Assembly: GCA_022571215.1 (NCBI GenBank)
Contig: JACZYG010000002.1
Span: 54,332-118,331, forward strand
DNA from: Fidelibacterota bacterium
Lineage (GTDB): Bacteria > Fidelibacterota > SORT01
DNA length: 64,000 nucleotides
Direction: 5' to 3'
Shown: positions 18,815 to 28,153 of the stretch, in pieces
Layout: each line of letters starts with the position of its first letter
Position numbering within the stretch: position 1 is the stretch's first letter
Made by a program: the position numbers and the translations under genes
The notes under the pieces: model-generated
Databases searched by the model: none
Told to the model about the DNA's origin: nothing
The model's input: the letters and a program-made list of their open reading frames with translations, nothing else

Positions 18815-20041
18815 TTGAGCTCCTTTGACGTAGAGACGATCCGCAAGGATTTCCCCATTCTTTCAACAAAAGTTCATGATAAGCCGCTGGTTTATCTTGA
18901 CAATGCCGCTACCACGCAAAAACCCAACTCCGTTATTGAAATCATGAACGAATATATGCATAACCATAACGCGAATGTTCATCGCGGTATTCACTTGCTT
19001 AGCGAAAAATCAACAGAAGGTTATGAAAACGCAAGAATCAAGGTAGCGAACTTTTTTAACGCTTCACAACCCGAAGAAATAATATTCACAAAGGGCACGA
19101 CCGAATCAATAAATCTCGTTGCTCATGCCTGGGGAAGAAAGTTCATCAGCGAGGGAGACATAATCATCCTTTCGGAAATGGAGCACCACAGCAATCTGGT
19201 ACCCTGGCAGCTCCTTGCGAAAAGTGTCGGAGCGGAGTTGAAATTTGTAGAAATGAACGAGGATACGACATTGAACTTAGAGAGTTTGAAAGAGCTCGTA
19301 TCAGATAAAAGGGCAAAATTAGTTGCCCTGTCGTACGCTTCAAACGTACTGGGAAATGTGAATCCCGTAAAAGAGGTGATCGAAATCTCTCACTCCGAAA
19401 ATATTCCTGTACTATTGGACGGAGCGCAGGCGGCTCCGCACCACAAAATTGATTTCGCGGAGATAGATTGCGATTTCTTTGCCTGTTCCGCGCACAAGAT
19501 GCTTGGACCGACAGGCATTGGTATCTTGTATGCTAAAATGGAATTGTTAGAAGCTATGGATCCGTTTTTAGGCGGCGGAGAGATGATATTAGAGGTGGGT
19601 TTGCACGAATCGTCTTACAAAGAGCCTCCATATAAATTTGAGGCGGGGACTCCAAGTTATATCGAAGCGATAGGGTTCGGAGCGGCGATAGACTATCTTA
19701 AAGCGGTAGGGATGGACTCCATTCATGACCACGAGGCAAATTTATCAAAATATGCTTTGGGTGAATTAAAAAAATTAGGCGATGTAGAAGTTTACGGTCC
19801 TTCGGAGGGTCGAGCGGGGATTATATCGTTTAACATCGGAAACGCTCATCCGCATGATGTTGCGCAATTGCTCGATGCGGACGGGGTTGCGGTGAGAGCC
19901 GGTCACCACTGCGCTCAGCCGTTGATGAATTGGTTAAAAGTGAGTTCAACCAGCCGGGCGAGCTTTTATCTTTATAACACTGAATCCGAGGTTGATGTGT
20001 TCGTCGAATCACTTGACAAAATAAAAGAAATGTTCAATTGA
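18815..20041 (+). CDS. sufS: Cysteine desulfurase SufS
   Basis: 408 aa class V aminotransferase; SAHKMLGPTGIG with PLP lysine; conserved active-site Cys region (HHCAQP). Confidence 0.95.
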   Translation: MSSFDVETIRKDFPILSTKVHDKPLVYLDNAATTQKPNSVIEIMNEYMHNHNANVHRGIHLLSEKSTEGYENARIKVANFFNASQPEEIIFTKGTTESINLVAHAWGRKFISEGDIIILSEMEHHSNLVPWQLLAKSVGAELKFVEMNEDTTLNLESLKELVSDKRAKLVALSYASNVLGNVNPVKEVIEISHSENIPVLLDGAQAAPHHKIDFAEIDCDFFACSAHKMLGPTGIGILYAKMELLEAMDPFLGGGEMILEVGLHESSYKEPPYKFEAGTPSYIEAIGFGAAIDYLKAVGMDSIHDHEANLSKYALGELKKLGDVEVYGPSEGRAGIISFNIGNAHPHDVAQLLDADGVAVRAGHHCAQPLMNWLKVSSTSRASFYLYNTESEVDVFVESLDKIKEMFN

Positions 20042-20472
20042 ATTTAGACCTACTTTATAGAGAAGTAATATTAGACCATTATAAAAACCCAAGAAATCGC
20101 GGAGAACTTGAGTCTCCTACTGTTAAATTCGACGGTCATAATCCTCTGTGCGGAGACACTGTCACACTGCACATCAAGACAGACGGTGAAAAAATAACGG
20201 ACGTTAAATTCCAGGGAGACGGCTGCTCCATAAGTCAAGCGTCAATCTCCATGATGACGGAAAAGATAAAAGGATTATCGACAAGCGAAGTGAAGGATTT
20301 GATAGAGAACTTTCGAGCCATGATGAAGGGAGAAGAAGATAAAGAGATTGATATGGGTGAACTTGAGGTTTTACAAGGTGTAAAACAATTTCCTGCCCGT
20401 ATCAAATGCGCTCTTCTCGGTTGGGACACTTTAAAGCAGTCATTGGCGGTGTTAGATGACCGAAAGATATAA
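20038..20472 (+). CDS. sufU: Fe-S cluster assembly sulfur-transfer scaffold SufU (NifU-like N-terminal domain)
   Basis: 144 aa; YREVILDHYKNPRN, CGDTV and GDGCSISQAS conserved cysteines. Confidence 0.85.
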   Translation: MNLDLLYREVILDHYKNPRNRGELESPTVKFDGHNPLCGDTVTLHIKTDGEKITDVKFQGDGCSISQASISMMTEKIKGLSTSEVKDLIENFRAMMKGEEDKEIDMGELEVLQGVKQFPARIKCALLGWDTLKQSLAVLDDRKI

Positions 20473-20517
20473 TTTGATCTTTAATAGCCACTATTTTTTG
20501 CGCTGTAGTAAAAAATC

Positions 20518-20530
20518 TTGCATTGTGCAA
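20518..20530. promoter_or_regulatory. Perfect inverted repeat TTGCA-N3-TGCAA upstream of the ferredoxin gene (candidate regulator binding site)
   Basis: Read directly from sequence, about 75 nt upstream of the ferredoxin start inside the suf locus; the cognate regulator is unknown. Confidence 0.25.
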
Positions 20531-20604
20531 ATCTTGGTTTTAAATTCTCCAGATTTTGATAACGCATTGGAAAAAGAACTTGTATTTAGAGAACGGAGGA
20601 ATAA

Positions 20605-20862
20605 ATGACATATGTAATTGCAGAACCCTGTATTGATGAAAAAGATGCAGCATGTGTTGACGCATGCCCTGTAGATTGCATTCACCCTACGAAGGATGAA
20701 CCGGAATTCGAAGAAGCAACAATGCTTTACATAGATCCGGATGAATGTATCGATTGTGGAGCTTGCGTGGATCCTTGTCCGGTAGATGCTATTTTTGATG
20801 AAGCGGACTTGCCGGCAGAGTGGGAGAAATTCACCGCTACCAATGCCGAATACTTCGCATAA
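20605..20862 (+). CDS. Ferredoxin (4Fe-4S / 7Fe FdxA-type)
   Basis: 85 aa with two cysteine clusters: CIDEKDAACVDACPVDC and CIDCGACVDPCP. Confidence 0.85.
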   Translation: MTYVIAEPCIDEKDAACVDACPVDCIHPTKDEPEFEEATMLYIDPDECIDCGACVDPCPVDAIFDEADLPAEWEKFTATNAEYFA

Positions 20863-20971
20863 CTTAGATATAGACTGCATCAGATAGACAGGGCATTGTA
20901 CGCCGGAGCCATTCCACTCTTTACAGAGCACGGAATCTAAAAGGGGATGCCGGTAATTTAGTTTTATAAAT

Positions 20972-21331
20972 TTGGACAGCAGCATATTGAACAAAATCCA
21001 AGTCTACGGTAAATCGACTTGTAAGACGACTCAAAAAGTACTCGACTGGTTTACTAAAAATAATTTAGAAATTGAACGAGTTGATATCATTTCATCACCG
21101 CCTTCATTAGAGTTTCTTCGGAAACAGATAAACAGCGATGACCTGAAAAGTTTCCTAAACTCCCGTAGTAAAGTATATAGAGAAAAAGGTTTTGGAGCGG
21201 AGCTGCCTTCAAAATCGGTGGTAATAGAGACAATGCTTGTTGATCCAAACTTGATTAAAAGACCTGTAGTCGTTTCGGATAAGGGAGTATCCTTCGGCTT
21301 TGATGAGAATTATCTAAACAATTTAAAATAA
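20972..21331 (+). CDS. ArsC/Spx family protein (arsenate-reductase-like thioredoxin fold)
   Basis: 119 aa; IQVYGKSTCKTTQKVLDWF N-terminal pattern and LIKRPVV near the C-terminus typical of the ArsC/Spx/YffB family. Confidence 0.65.
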   Translation: MDSSILNKIQVYGKSTCKTTQKVLDWFTKNNLEIERVDIISSPPSLEFLRKQINSDDLKSFLNSRSKVYREKGFGAELPSKSVVIETMLVDPNLIKRPVVVSDKGVSFGFDENYLNNLK

Positions 21332-21344
21332 TGGACAGATAAAA

Positions 21345-22697
21345 ATGATCTATAAGAATGTGATGGAATTAAAAAATTCCATTGGGGGGATATTAGATTT
21401 AGCTGACGATCTTACGCCTAAGGTAATTGACGAAGCCGAATTGAAATCCCGCGTATTTGAGGATATTATCGAAACAGCGTTATTCAATGAAGAATCAGGA
21501 GTCAGAGATCTTTGTAACGCTCTTATTCGCTCGATAGCAAAAGATTTGGGCGCTTTTCCGGCTTCGATACAGGGGGTTTACGAGGCGATGGGAAGAGGTG
21601 AAGCAAAGGGATTTACGGTACCCGCCATAAATGTCAGGGGTATGACGCACATCTTTGCCGAGACCGTTTTTAAAGCCGCCATGAAACTGAATGTCGGACC
21701 GTTCATATTTGAAATTGCGCGATCAGAAATAGGATACACGAACCAGCGTCCTTCGGAGTTTTCCGCTATGATCTGCGCGGGCGCTGTTAACGCGGGATAT
21801 AAAGGACCGATATTCATACAAGGTGATCATTTCCAGGTCAAACCCGCCGCATATAAGAGCAACCCTGAAGCCGAGATAGGGGAGTTGAAAAATTTGATCT
21901 ATGAAGCTGTCGAGGCGGAATTTTATAACATCGATGTGGATTCCTCGACCTTAGTGGATTTAGACAAAAACGAGATTTCGGAACAGCAACGGGAGAATTA
22001 TGAAAACTGCGCCATTCTCACCGAATTCATAAGAGAGGTCGAACCCCACAATGTCACCGTATCGGTCGGCGGAGAGATTGGAGAGGTAGGCAAGAAGAAC
22101 AGCACGCTTGAAGAACTTGAGGCTTTTATGGAGGGTTACAACAATTCACTGACTGCGGAACTAAAGGGGATAAGCAAGATAAGCGTCCAAACAGGCACCT
22201 CTCATGGCGGGGTAGTTCTTCCTGACGGAAGTATCGCGGATGTGACTCTTGACCTTGAAACTTTAGGAGCGCTATCAACTACAGCCCGTGAAAAGTATGG
22301 AATGAGCGGAGCCGTTCAACACGGCGCTTCTACGCTTCCTGATGAAGTATTCAACAGATTCCCCGAAGTAGGGGCTTCAGAAATACATTTGGCTACAGGA
22401 TTCCAAAACCAGATTTTCGATCATCCGGCGCTGCCGGCAGAACTTCGTGATAAAATATACGCTCACTTAGCGGAGGTGAATGGCGATGAACGTAAGGAAG
22501 AGTGGACGGATGAGCAGTTCTATTACAAAACCCGTAAAAAGGGATTCGGTCCGTTCAAGAGGGAGTTCTGGGAATTGGATCCGGAAATTAAAGAATCCAT
22601 TTTCGCTGATCTACAGGAGACGTTTGAATTTCTTTTCAGGAAATTGAACGTCGAAAACACAAGAGATATTACGGATAAATTTATAACGGAAGTGTAG
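21345..22697 (+). CDS. Class II (metal-dependent) fructose/ketose-bisphosphate aldolase family protein, long form
   Basis: 450 aa; GFTVPAINV, IQGDHFQ (DH zinc ligand region), TSHGG and QHGAS motifs in class II aldolase order. Confidence 0.55.
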   Translation: MIYKNVMELKNSIGGILDLADDLTPKVIDEAELKSRVFEDIIETALFNEESGVRDLCNALIRSIAKDLGAFPASIQGVYEAMGRGEAKGFTVPAINVRGMTHIFAETVFKAAMKLNVGPFIFEIARSEIGYTNQRPSEFSAMICAGAVNAGYKGPIFIQGDHFQVKPAAYKSNPEAEIGELKNLIYEAVEAEFYNIDVDSSTLVDLDKNEISEQQRENYENCAILTEFIREVEPHNVTVSVGGEIGEVGKKNSTLEELEAFMEGYNNSLTAELKGISKISVQTGTSHGGVVLPDGSIADVTLDLETLGALSTTAREKYGMSGAVQHGASTLPDEVFNRFPEVGASEIHLATGFQNQIFDHPALPAELRDKIYAHLAEVNGDERKEEWTDEQFYYKTRKKGFGPFKREFWELDPEIKESIFADLQETFEFLFRKLNVENTRDITDKFITEV

Positions 22698-22784
22698 CAG
22701 TTCACCATAATCAGCGGTAATCCTTGTAACATTTACCGATGTTCGATAGATTAAGGCATTATATTTTAATCTAATTCAACAGTA

Positions 22785-24770
22785 TTGGAGGCGATGTTGC
22801 ATCCTACAGATAACGTTATCTCAACATTGATATTTGCGGGGACTCTCTTCGCATCTTTCAGCGCATTTGCAATTTTCATGATAAGAAAATTCCGGGTACT
22901 GCTGGCTGCCGCGCCAGACGACAGATTCGGTGATGTTGTAGAGAGGATATTGGGCGTATTTCGTTTCTTTATAGGGCAGGGCAGGATTCTGAATCCAAAA
23001 TATATCGGCGCCGGGATAATGCATGCGGTGATTTTCTGGGGGTTTATTGCCGTAACAATAAATTCTATCCATTTTATAGGAAGGGGATTCGTTGAAAACT
23101 GGAGTCTCCCTTTATTTGGCCCCGGCGATTTTTTAGGCATTATATATCTTCCGGCTCTGGATTTCTTTGAAGTAGGCGTTCTGATCATGGTAATGTGGGC
23201 GGGGTTCAGAAGAGTGATAATAAAGCCGAAGCGTGTGACGAATTCATGGGATGCCGCGTTGATACTCGGATTGATCGGCAGTCTGATGCTGACAGATATT
23301 TTACTGCGTGGAGCTGAAGGGACGATAGGAGAGTCATCCCCATTGGGGAACAGCTTAGCAGTTCTGTTTAAAAGTATGGGAACAGAAACAATTAATTCTC
23401 TCTTTACGGTTTCATGGTGGAGTCATCTGATCTCTCTTACTTTTTTCTTGGCATACCTCCCGATTTCAAAGCATTTTCATGTGATTACATCTCTGTTCAG
23501 CGTTTATTTTCGCACATTGAACTACGGAGCGCTTCCAATGATTGACATTGAGAAGGCGGAGAATTATGGTGTTTCTCAAATCGAGCAGTTCAGTTGGAAA
23601 GACCTGCTTGATGTATACACGTGCACCGAGTGTGGTCGGTGCCAGGATGCGTGTCCGGCGTTTGCCACGGAGAAACCGCTTTCACCGAAGTTGGTCAACG
23701 AGCAAATGCGGGACCATCTAAACGAAAAATTGCCGTTCTTAAATTCGTCAGGGAAAGAAGAGTGGAGCGGTCCGTCCCTTGTGGGAGGCGTGATAGCCGA
23801 AGAGACCATCTGGGCTTGTACGATGTGCAAGGCGTGCGAGGAGGCATGCCCGTTGTTTATTGATTTTATCGACAGGTTTGTGGGCATGAGAAGACATCTC
23901 GTACTCGAAAAAAGCAGCTTCCCGCCGGAGCTGAACAATACTTTCAGAAATTTAGAAACGCATGGCAATCCATGGGGAATCGGAGCGTCACAAAGAGAGG
24001 ATTGGGCGGAAGGATTAGACCTGCCGAGGATGTATGATTCGCCGGGAGATATAGATGTGTTGTATTGGGTAGGCTGCGCTGGAGCGTTAGACGACGCAAA
24101 CAAACCGGTATCGGAATCGGTAGTAAAGATATTAAAAGAAGCGGGAGTGAAGTTCGCCATTTTGGGTAAGGAGGAGACTTGTACAGGCGATGCCGCCCGC
24201 AGACTCGGCAACGAATACCTGTTTCAAGTGCTTGCCGCGCAAAATATAGAAACATTCGAAAAATATGGCGTGAAGAAGATACTTACCCAGTGCCCTCACT
24301 GTTTTAATACGATGAAAAATGAATATCCTCAGTTAGAAGGAAACTATGAGGTCATTCATCACACCGAATTTATTGCGGATCTGATCAAAGAGGGCAGGAT
24401 AAAGCCTAACAAAGAATTGAAATCGGAATTGACCTACCATGATTCCTGTTATATGGGCAGGCATAACGGAGTTTATGACAGTCCGCGGGAGGCGCTTTCG
24501 GCTATTCCGGGAGTAAACCTTACGGAGATGCCCCGTTCACGCGAGAACGGCTTTTGCTGCGGCGCAGGGGGCGGCAGGATGTGGTTGGAAGAATCGATGC
24601 CCAAGGTAAATCAGGAACGGGTCAGAGAAGCAGGATCCATAAATGTCGATACGGTCGCAACAGCCTGTCCTTTCTGTAAGACTATGATTCGGGATGGCAT
24701 TAATGAAACGGGCGTTAGCGACAGTATGAAAACAGTGGATATTGCGCAGTTAGTGGCGGATTCTCTTTGA
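22785..24770 (+). CDS. Membrane-bound Fe-S oxidoreductase: N-terminal NarI/HdrE-like cytochrome b membrane domain fused to HdrD/GlpC-like ferredoxin and CCG domains
   Basis: 661 aa; hydrophobic N-terminal ~250 aa with conserved His residues; two 4Fe-4S motifs (CTECGRCQDACP, CTMCKACEEACP); two cysteine-rich CCG-type regions (CPHCFNT...CTGD, CCGAGGG...CPFCKT). Confidence 0.75.
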   Translation: MEAMLHPTDNVISTLIFAGTLFASFSAFAIFMIRKFRVLLAAAPDDRFGDVVERILGVFRFFIGQGRILNPKYIGAGIMHAVIFWGFIAVTINSIHFIGRGFVENWSLPLFGPGDFLGIIYLPALDFFEVGVLIMVMWAGFRRVIIKPKRVTNSWDAALILGLIGSLMLTDILLRGAEGTIGESSPLGNSLAVLFKSMGTETINSLFTVSWWSHLISLTFFLAYLPISKHFHVITSLFSVYFRTLNYGALPMIDIEKAENYGVSQIEQFSWKDLLDVYTCTECGRCQDACPAFATEKPLSPKLVNEQMRDHLNEKLPFLNSSGKEEWSGPSLVGGVIAEETIWACTMCKACEEACPLFIDFIDRFVGMRRHLVLEKSSFPPELNNTFRNLETHGNPWGIGASQREDWAEGLDLPRMYDSPGDIDVLYWVGCAGALDDANKPVSESVVKILKEAGVKFAILGKEETCTGDAARRLGNEYLFQVLAAQNIETFEKYGVKKILTQCPHCFNTMKNEYPQLEGNYEVIHHTEFIADLIKEGRIKPNKELKSELTYHDSCYMGRHNGVYDSPREALSAIPGVNLTEMPRSRENGFCCGAGGGRMWLEESMPKVNQERVREAGSINVDTVATACPFCKTMIRDGINETGVSDSMKTVDIAQLVADSL

Positions 24771-24956
24771 AGATAAGATGCATGACCTCCGAATTCAGCT
24801 GTCCATTCGGAATTTCTCTGTTCGATGGAAAAAATTCTTTAGTAGGAATTGTTTTTTTGCAGAAACAATAAAAACTATTCATGCCGGATTACATGAAGAG
24901 ATCAAACATTGGAAAATTGTTTGATAAAACTGATTAGTCGTAAAAGGTGACCTAAT

Positions 24957-25018
24957 CTCCTCCTCCCCCTTAAAAAGGAGGGGAATTAAAATGTGCGGTC
25001 AGGGCTTGCCCTAACCGC
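24957..25018 (+). repeat. Degenerate copy of a dispersed hairpin module (CCCCCT...AGGAGGGG hairpin followed by ATGTGCGGTCAGGG)
   Basis: Sequence similarity to the elements at 32154-32234 and 53895-53962. Confidence 0.45.
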
Positions 25019-25151
25019 CACATAATTTTATTGTCATTGCGCGAGGAGCAGTAAAGCTGCGACGCGACAATCTCAGAAATTAGTTTAGCACCAGAATTTT
25101 GGTGCAACCAGCCTGCATCAGTCGGGCAGGTTCTGCCCGCGCTCATAAAAT

Positions 25152-25198
25152 AACCACCCCTGCCTCTTCGAGGCTTCCCCTCCTTGAAAAGGAGGGGA
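25152..25198 (+). repeat. 47-nt double-hairpin module: AACCACCCC, hairpin GCCTC/GAGGC, hairpin TCCCCTCCT/AGGAGGGGA
   Basis: Same length and architecture as 32022-32068; the first stem differs by compensatory changes while the second stem is identical. Confidence 0.55.
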
Positions 25199-25343
25199 TG
25201 AAAAATCCTGTAAGCTACTCTGAATTCAAGATATAATATTAGTAGAATGACTTGCTGAATCAGCAATAAATCAGGTAATATTTCACTATGAAAAGACCCG
25301 TTTCAATATGAAACTTAAACGTAATACTGAATAATAATGCCGC

Positions 25344-25372
25344 TTGACAATCAGTAACGATTGAAATATATT
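25344..25372 (+). promoter_or_regulatory. Candidate sigma-70 promoter: TTGACA, 17-nt spacer, TATATT
   Basis: Consensus -35 at 25344-25349 and near-consensus -10 at 25367-25372 with a 17-nt spacer, about 24 nt upstream of the 25396 start codon. Confidence 0.5.
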
Positions 25373-25395
25373 ATTCAGGGGAAATAAATACAATT

Positions 25396-26220
25396 ATGGA
25401 CACACTGCTAATTCTAAGAATAACGGTACCGCTCTTATATGCCGTTACGCTATATATTTATACGTTGGAATTTCGAGGTATACTCAAAGAACGTTCCGTA
25501 AAACCTACAATAGCCTTAATGATTTCTGTGGCGATCCATCTTGTCTTTTGGGTCGTGCTTTATTCTTCATCAGGCAAATACCCTATAGGTAGCCTTTTTG
25601 GAACGCTGACCACTTTTGTACTGCTTTTATCAATTATATATATGCTGATAGAATATGGAATGAATGACCGTTCCTTTGGTATATTTGTGCTGTCTCTTGT
25701 ATTACTCCTTCAAGTTGTGGCATCGATATTTATCAATCCTGAAGGAATTAGTTCTCCGCTATTAGAGGAAGTAATTTTCGAAATTCACGTTATATCGTTG
25801 ATTATATCGTATTCAGCTTTCGCTCTCGGAGCTATTGCGGCGGTCATGCATCTCCTTTTATCCAAAAAAATAAAACATCAGGAATTGGATATTGTTTACC
25901 ACAAACTCCCTACACTGCAATTTTTACGGCAGGTAGGTATTTTTTCTGTATACTTCGGATTTGTATTTTTGACGGCGGGCATAGCGCTCGGATTTTTTAA
26001 TGCTTCACAGGTCCCGGAGGCAGGCATATCGCTATCCGATCCGAAGATAGTCTCAGCTATTATTACATGGCTGATATACGGAATTTTCGTGCTGATACAT
26101 ATGTTGAAAAAATTAACAGCGAAATCAGCTATAAATCTATCGTTGATAGGATTTATCACAATTTTATTCACATTTTTCGTTGTGAATACTTTAATGGAAA
26201 CATTTCACCTCTTTCAATAG
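25396..26220 (+). CDS. Polytopic inner membrane protein (possibly cytochrome c assembly / HemX-like family; uncertain)
   Basis: 274 aa with about 8 hydrophobic helices; no WWD motif; family assignment is weak. Confidence 0.55.
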   Translation: MDTLLILRITVPLLYAVTLYIYTLEFRGILKERSVKPTIALMISVAIHLVFWVVLYSSSGKYPIGSLFGTLTTFVLLLSIIYMLIEYGMNDRSFGIFVLSLVLLLQVVASIFINPEGISSPLLEEVIFEIHVISLIISYSAFALGAIAAVMHLLLSKKIKHQELDIVYHKLPTLQFLRQVGIFSVYFGFVFLTAGIALGFFNASQVPEAGISLSDPKIVSAIITWLIYGIFVLIHMLKKLTAKSAINLSLIGFITILFTFFVVNTLMETFHLFQ

Positions 26221-26232
26221 GCCAATGATTCG

Positions 26233-28068
26233 TTGAAAATATCCGGAATCAAATACCGCTCTTCAGATAGTTCAGAATTCGACTCCATTCGTGAATTGAT
26301 CAGAGAAAAATCCGTTGAGTCAATTAATTTTGATTTTCAAGGTTATGAGCATCAGTATTGGGTTTCAAATGACAGAGAAAAGTCAATAAACCAAAGAGTT
26401 CAAAAGAGCATACCGATATTGGGTCATGAGGAATCCTTACAAAATATATTCAGAATTTGCTGCGGACTTTCGAACGAACAAATCGGCACAAAGAAGGGTT
26501 TTAAGAGTTTTGAATCTGCAATAATTTCGGGGAAGCAAAAGGACAGAGTAGGTCCTCTTTTTTCAAGGTTATATACCGATATTGAAGCTGTTCTGAGGAA
26601 TATTTACTCTTCAACGACATTGAGAACGGGTGTAATCGAAAGGTTTTCTGCCGCTGCGGAATTGTCGGTAAAAATATTTGGTGATTTGAACGATAAGTCA
26701 GCATTAGTGATCGGCGAAAGTTCATTTTTCAAAGAAGTGAAAGCAGCGTTAAAAGAAAGAGATATTGGATTCGTTGAGTCGTTAAGGAATAACAAGATTA
26801 GAGATGAGGAATTGTCCGCTTATGATATTCTTGTAGTTAAAGAAGAGACGACAGATAAAATAAATCAGATATACGAACTTGTTCCAAAAATGACCAGGTC
26901 AAATGAATCATCATTTCTTATACTTGATTTTGGATCGGCTGCAAACTCGCTCCATGAGCTGGGAAATATTTACAATGTTTTTTATACTCATGCTTCGTCC
27001 CTCGATTCGGTAATTTCACGGAATTTGAAATTGAGAAGCGACGCGATTCCTGAAGCGGAAAAAATTATCGAGCGTCGAGTAAAAGAATTTCTGAAATGGA
27101 GCGAGTCGGATAAATGGGATGTCTCTAAAAGCATCATCGCGCGTTCACATCAGATGCAAAAAGTCTTCGAGCTTATTTATAAGGTAGCCCCTTCGAATGC
27201 TATCGTTATCATATCGGGCGAAACGGGAACCGGAAAAGAGCTTGTTGCAAAGGCGATTCACAAGTCAGGTCAACGCGGAGATAAGCCTTTTATAGCCGTA
27301 AATTGCGGCGCAATACCGGAAAATTTACTCGAAAGCACACTTTTCGGTTATGTAAAAGGAGCATTTACCGGAGCTCACGAGGATAAAAAGGGTATTTTCC
27401 AAGCCGCGGACGGAGGCGTACTCTTCTTAGACGAAATTGCGGAATTACCGATGATGCTCCAGGTAAAACTTCTTCGAGCGTTGCAGGATAATGAGATCAC
27501 ACCGGTAGGGGGAAACAGGAGTAATAAAGTAAATGTAAGGATTCTTGCTGCAACGAATAAAAATTTAATGAAAGAGGTGATGGAGGGAAGATTCCGCGAG
27601 GATCTGTTTTATCGTCTGAACGTCGTGGAGATCGTCGTGCCTCCGCTCCGTGAAAGGGTTGATGATATACTGGCTTTAGCGAATCATTTTTTACTCGAAC
27701 ACTCTAATAGAACTCAGAAAGATAAATTCAGATTATCAGATTCTGCCGCTGAGCTGCTAACTCAATATCAATGGCCCGGAAACGTTCGGGAGCTTCAGAA
27801 CGTAATAGAACGAGCCGCTGTACTGTCTGATTCATCAACAATATTGCCAAGCGATCTTCCCGAAGGGGTCTTGGAGAACAGGGACCGTTCAATTTCAGTT
27901 GTTTCAGAAAAAGATATGTCGCTTGAGGAGATCGAAGAAGAGCACATCAGATTGATGCTGCGAAAAAACAGATATAATTACAATTCAGTGGCGGAAACGC
28001 TCGGAATCGGAAGAACGACCTTGTGGCGAAAGATGAAAAAGTATGGGATTGCTTCGGTTGACGAGTAA
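26233..28068 (+). CDS. Sigma-54-dependent transcriptional activator (enhancer-binding protein) with a non-REC N-terminal domain
   Basis: 611 aa; AAA+ core with Walker A GETGTGKE and the GAFTGA sigma-54 contact motif; C-terminal Fis-type HTH; ~300 aa N-terminal domain of unknown type. Confidence 0.85.
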   Translation: MKISGIKYRSSDSSEFDSIRELIREKSVESINFDFQGYEHQYWVSNDREKSINQRVQKSIPILGHEESLQNIFRICCGLSNEQIGTKKGFKSFESAIISGKQKDRVGPLFSRLYTDIEAVLRNIYSSTTLRTGVIERFSAAAELSVKIFGDLNDKSALVIGESSFFKEVKAALKERDIGFVESLRNNKIRDEELSAYDILVVKEETTDKINQIYELVPKMTRSNESSFLILDFGSAANSLHELGNIYNVFYTHASSLDSVISRNLKLRSDAIPEAEKIIERRVKEFLKWSESDKWDVSKSIIARSHQMQKVFELIYKVAPSNAIVIISGETGTGKELVAKAIHKSGQRGDKPFIAVNCGAIPENLLESTLFGYVKGAFTGAHEDKKGIFQAADGGVLFLDEIAELPMMLQVKLLRALQDNEITPVGGNRSNKVNVRILAATNKNLMKEVMEGRFREDLFYRLNVVEIVVPPLRERVDDILALANHFLLEHSNRTQKDKFRLSDSAAELLTQYQWPGNVRELQNVIERAAVLSDSSTILPSDLPEGVLENRDRSISVVSEKDMSLEEIEEEHIRLMLRKNRYNYNSVAETLGIGRTTLWRKMKKYGIASVDE

Positions 28069-28153
28069 GAGTTTATTCACTTGTCTTTCTACATCTTTCA
28101 TCTTACGCTTCTGACGCTATATTACATAAGAGCGGTTCAACACACTTGAAATT

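Noticed and set aside
20491-20994. 167-aa minus-strand ORF overlapping the ferredoxin and ArsC-like genes
   Set aside because: It is antisense to a clear 2x[4Fe-4S] ferredoxin and spans two plus-strand genes and their spacer; the Cys/Phe-rich low-complexity translation has no family resemblance.
24970-25266. 98-aa minus-strand ORF and tiny plus-strand ORFs (e.g. MCGQGLP) through the intergenic hairpin repeats; likewise ORFs 32073-32288 and 32218-32412
   Set aside because: They run through hairpin repeat modules; the reading frame through the conserved TGTGCGAGTCAGG box differs between copies (a 1-nt indel), so the conservation is at nucleotide or structure level, not protein level.
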